Assembly (NCBI GenBank): GCA_963711565.1
Contig: CAVQEQ010000004.1
Span: 288,001 to 352,000 of the forward strand
DNA length: 64,000 bases
Origin: an uncultured delta proteobacterium
GTDB taxonomy: Bacteria; Desulfobacterota; Binatia; Binatales; Binataceae
Reading direction: 5' to 3'
Below, piece by piece: positions 63,706 through 64,000 of the stretch. The position numbers and the translations under genes were made by a program. Below the pieces are notes generated by a model. It worked only from the letters and a program-made list of their open reading frames with translations. It had not been told where the DNA came from and searched no databases. Positions within the stretch are counted from its first letter, which is position 1. Every line of letters begins with the position of its first letter.

Positions 63706-64000
63706 TCAGTCGAGCGCCAGCGCGTCGCACTTCATCGCGAGGTGACGCAGCTCGCTTTCGTGATCGTCATCTTCAATCGAAAGTTGACGCAGTTTGCCCA
63801 CGATGTCCTCGTCGATCGATTCCCACTTCATTGCATTGAGTCGCAGGTCGGACGCGAGCGCGGCCAGGACCGCCAGGTCGCCGCTGAGGCGCTCCCAGTT
63901 GTTCGAGCCGTCATGCAGCGCGGCTTCCGGCAATTTCGACCAGACGTTGTGCTCGGCGAGAATCGAGTGGAGCGCCTTGACGTGCACGGCTTCCTTTTCG
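63706..64000 (-). CDS. 3' part of a helical hypothetical protein (possibly ferritin-like), truncated by window edge
   Basis: Open frame ending ...EDDDHESELRHLAMKCDALALD. Confidence 0.5.
   Translation of the reverse strand, partial: EKEAVHVKALHSILAEHNVWSKLPEAALHDGSNNWERLSGDLAVLAALASDLRLNAMKWESIDEDIVGKLRQLSIEDDDHESELRHLAMKCDALALD

Overview
High-GC bacterial chromosome segment. Gene content (DUF1329, MaoC pairs, DUF503/YlxR in the infB operon, DUF2232 between rpsR and rplI) suggests a Deltaproteobacteria-like lineage, possibly Candidatus Binatota; this is inference only. The housekeeping backbone is rimP-nusA-ylxR-infB-DUF503-rbfA...truB-rpsO-pnp-M16 peptidase, dut-purB-purCSQL-purF (purF carries a 1-nt frameshift), rpsF-priB-like-rpsR-DUF2232-rplI, acs, pfkA, glgC, lpxL-like, PMM/PGM and manC. 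The main accessory block (38.9-51 kb) has an ECF sigma/zf-HC2 anti-sigma pair divergent from a bufferin-type RiPP cluster (6-Cys secreted precursor, DUF692 MNIO, DUF2063). It is followed by a tight 8-gene run: YghO/ceramide-synthase-like GNAT, CopD-like, membrane protein, Tat-exported fused 2Fe-2S/Mo oxidoreductase, FAD subunit, 6-Cys microprotein, bicupin, DUF1329. Intergenic DNA holds several distinct palindromic repeat families, including a ~200-bp modular element in two inverted copies flanking GFA-ndh-truB. Some repeats overlap start codons, stop codons or C-terminal coding sequence. No rRNA, tRNA, CRISPR array, transposase or integrase was recognised. All calls are by eye from motifs; no searches were run.
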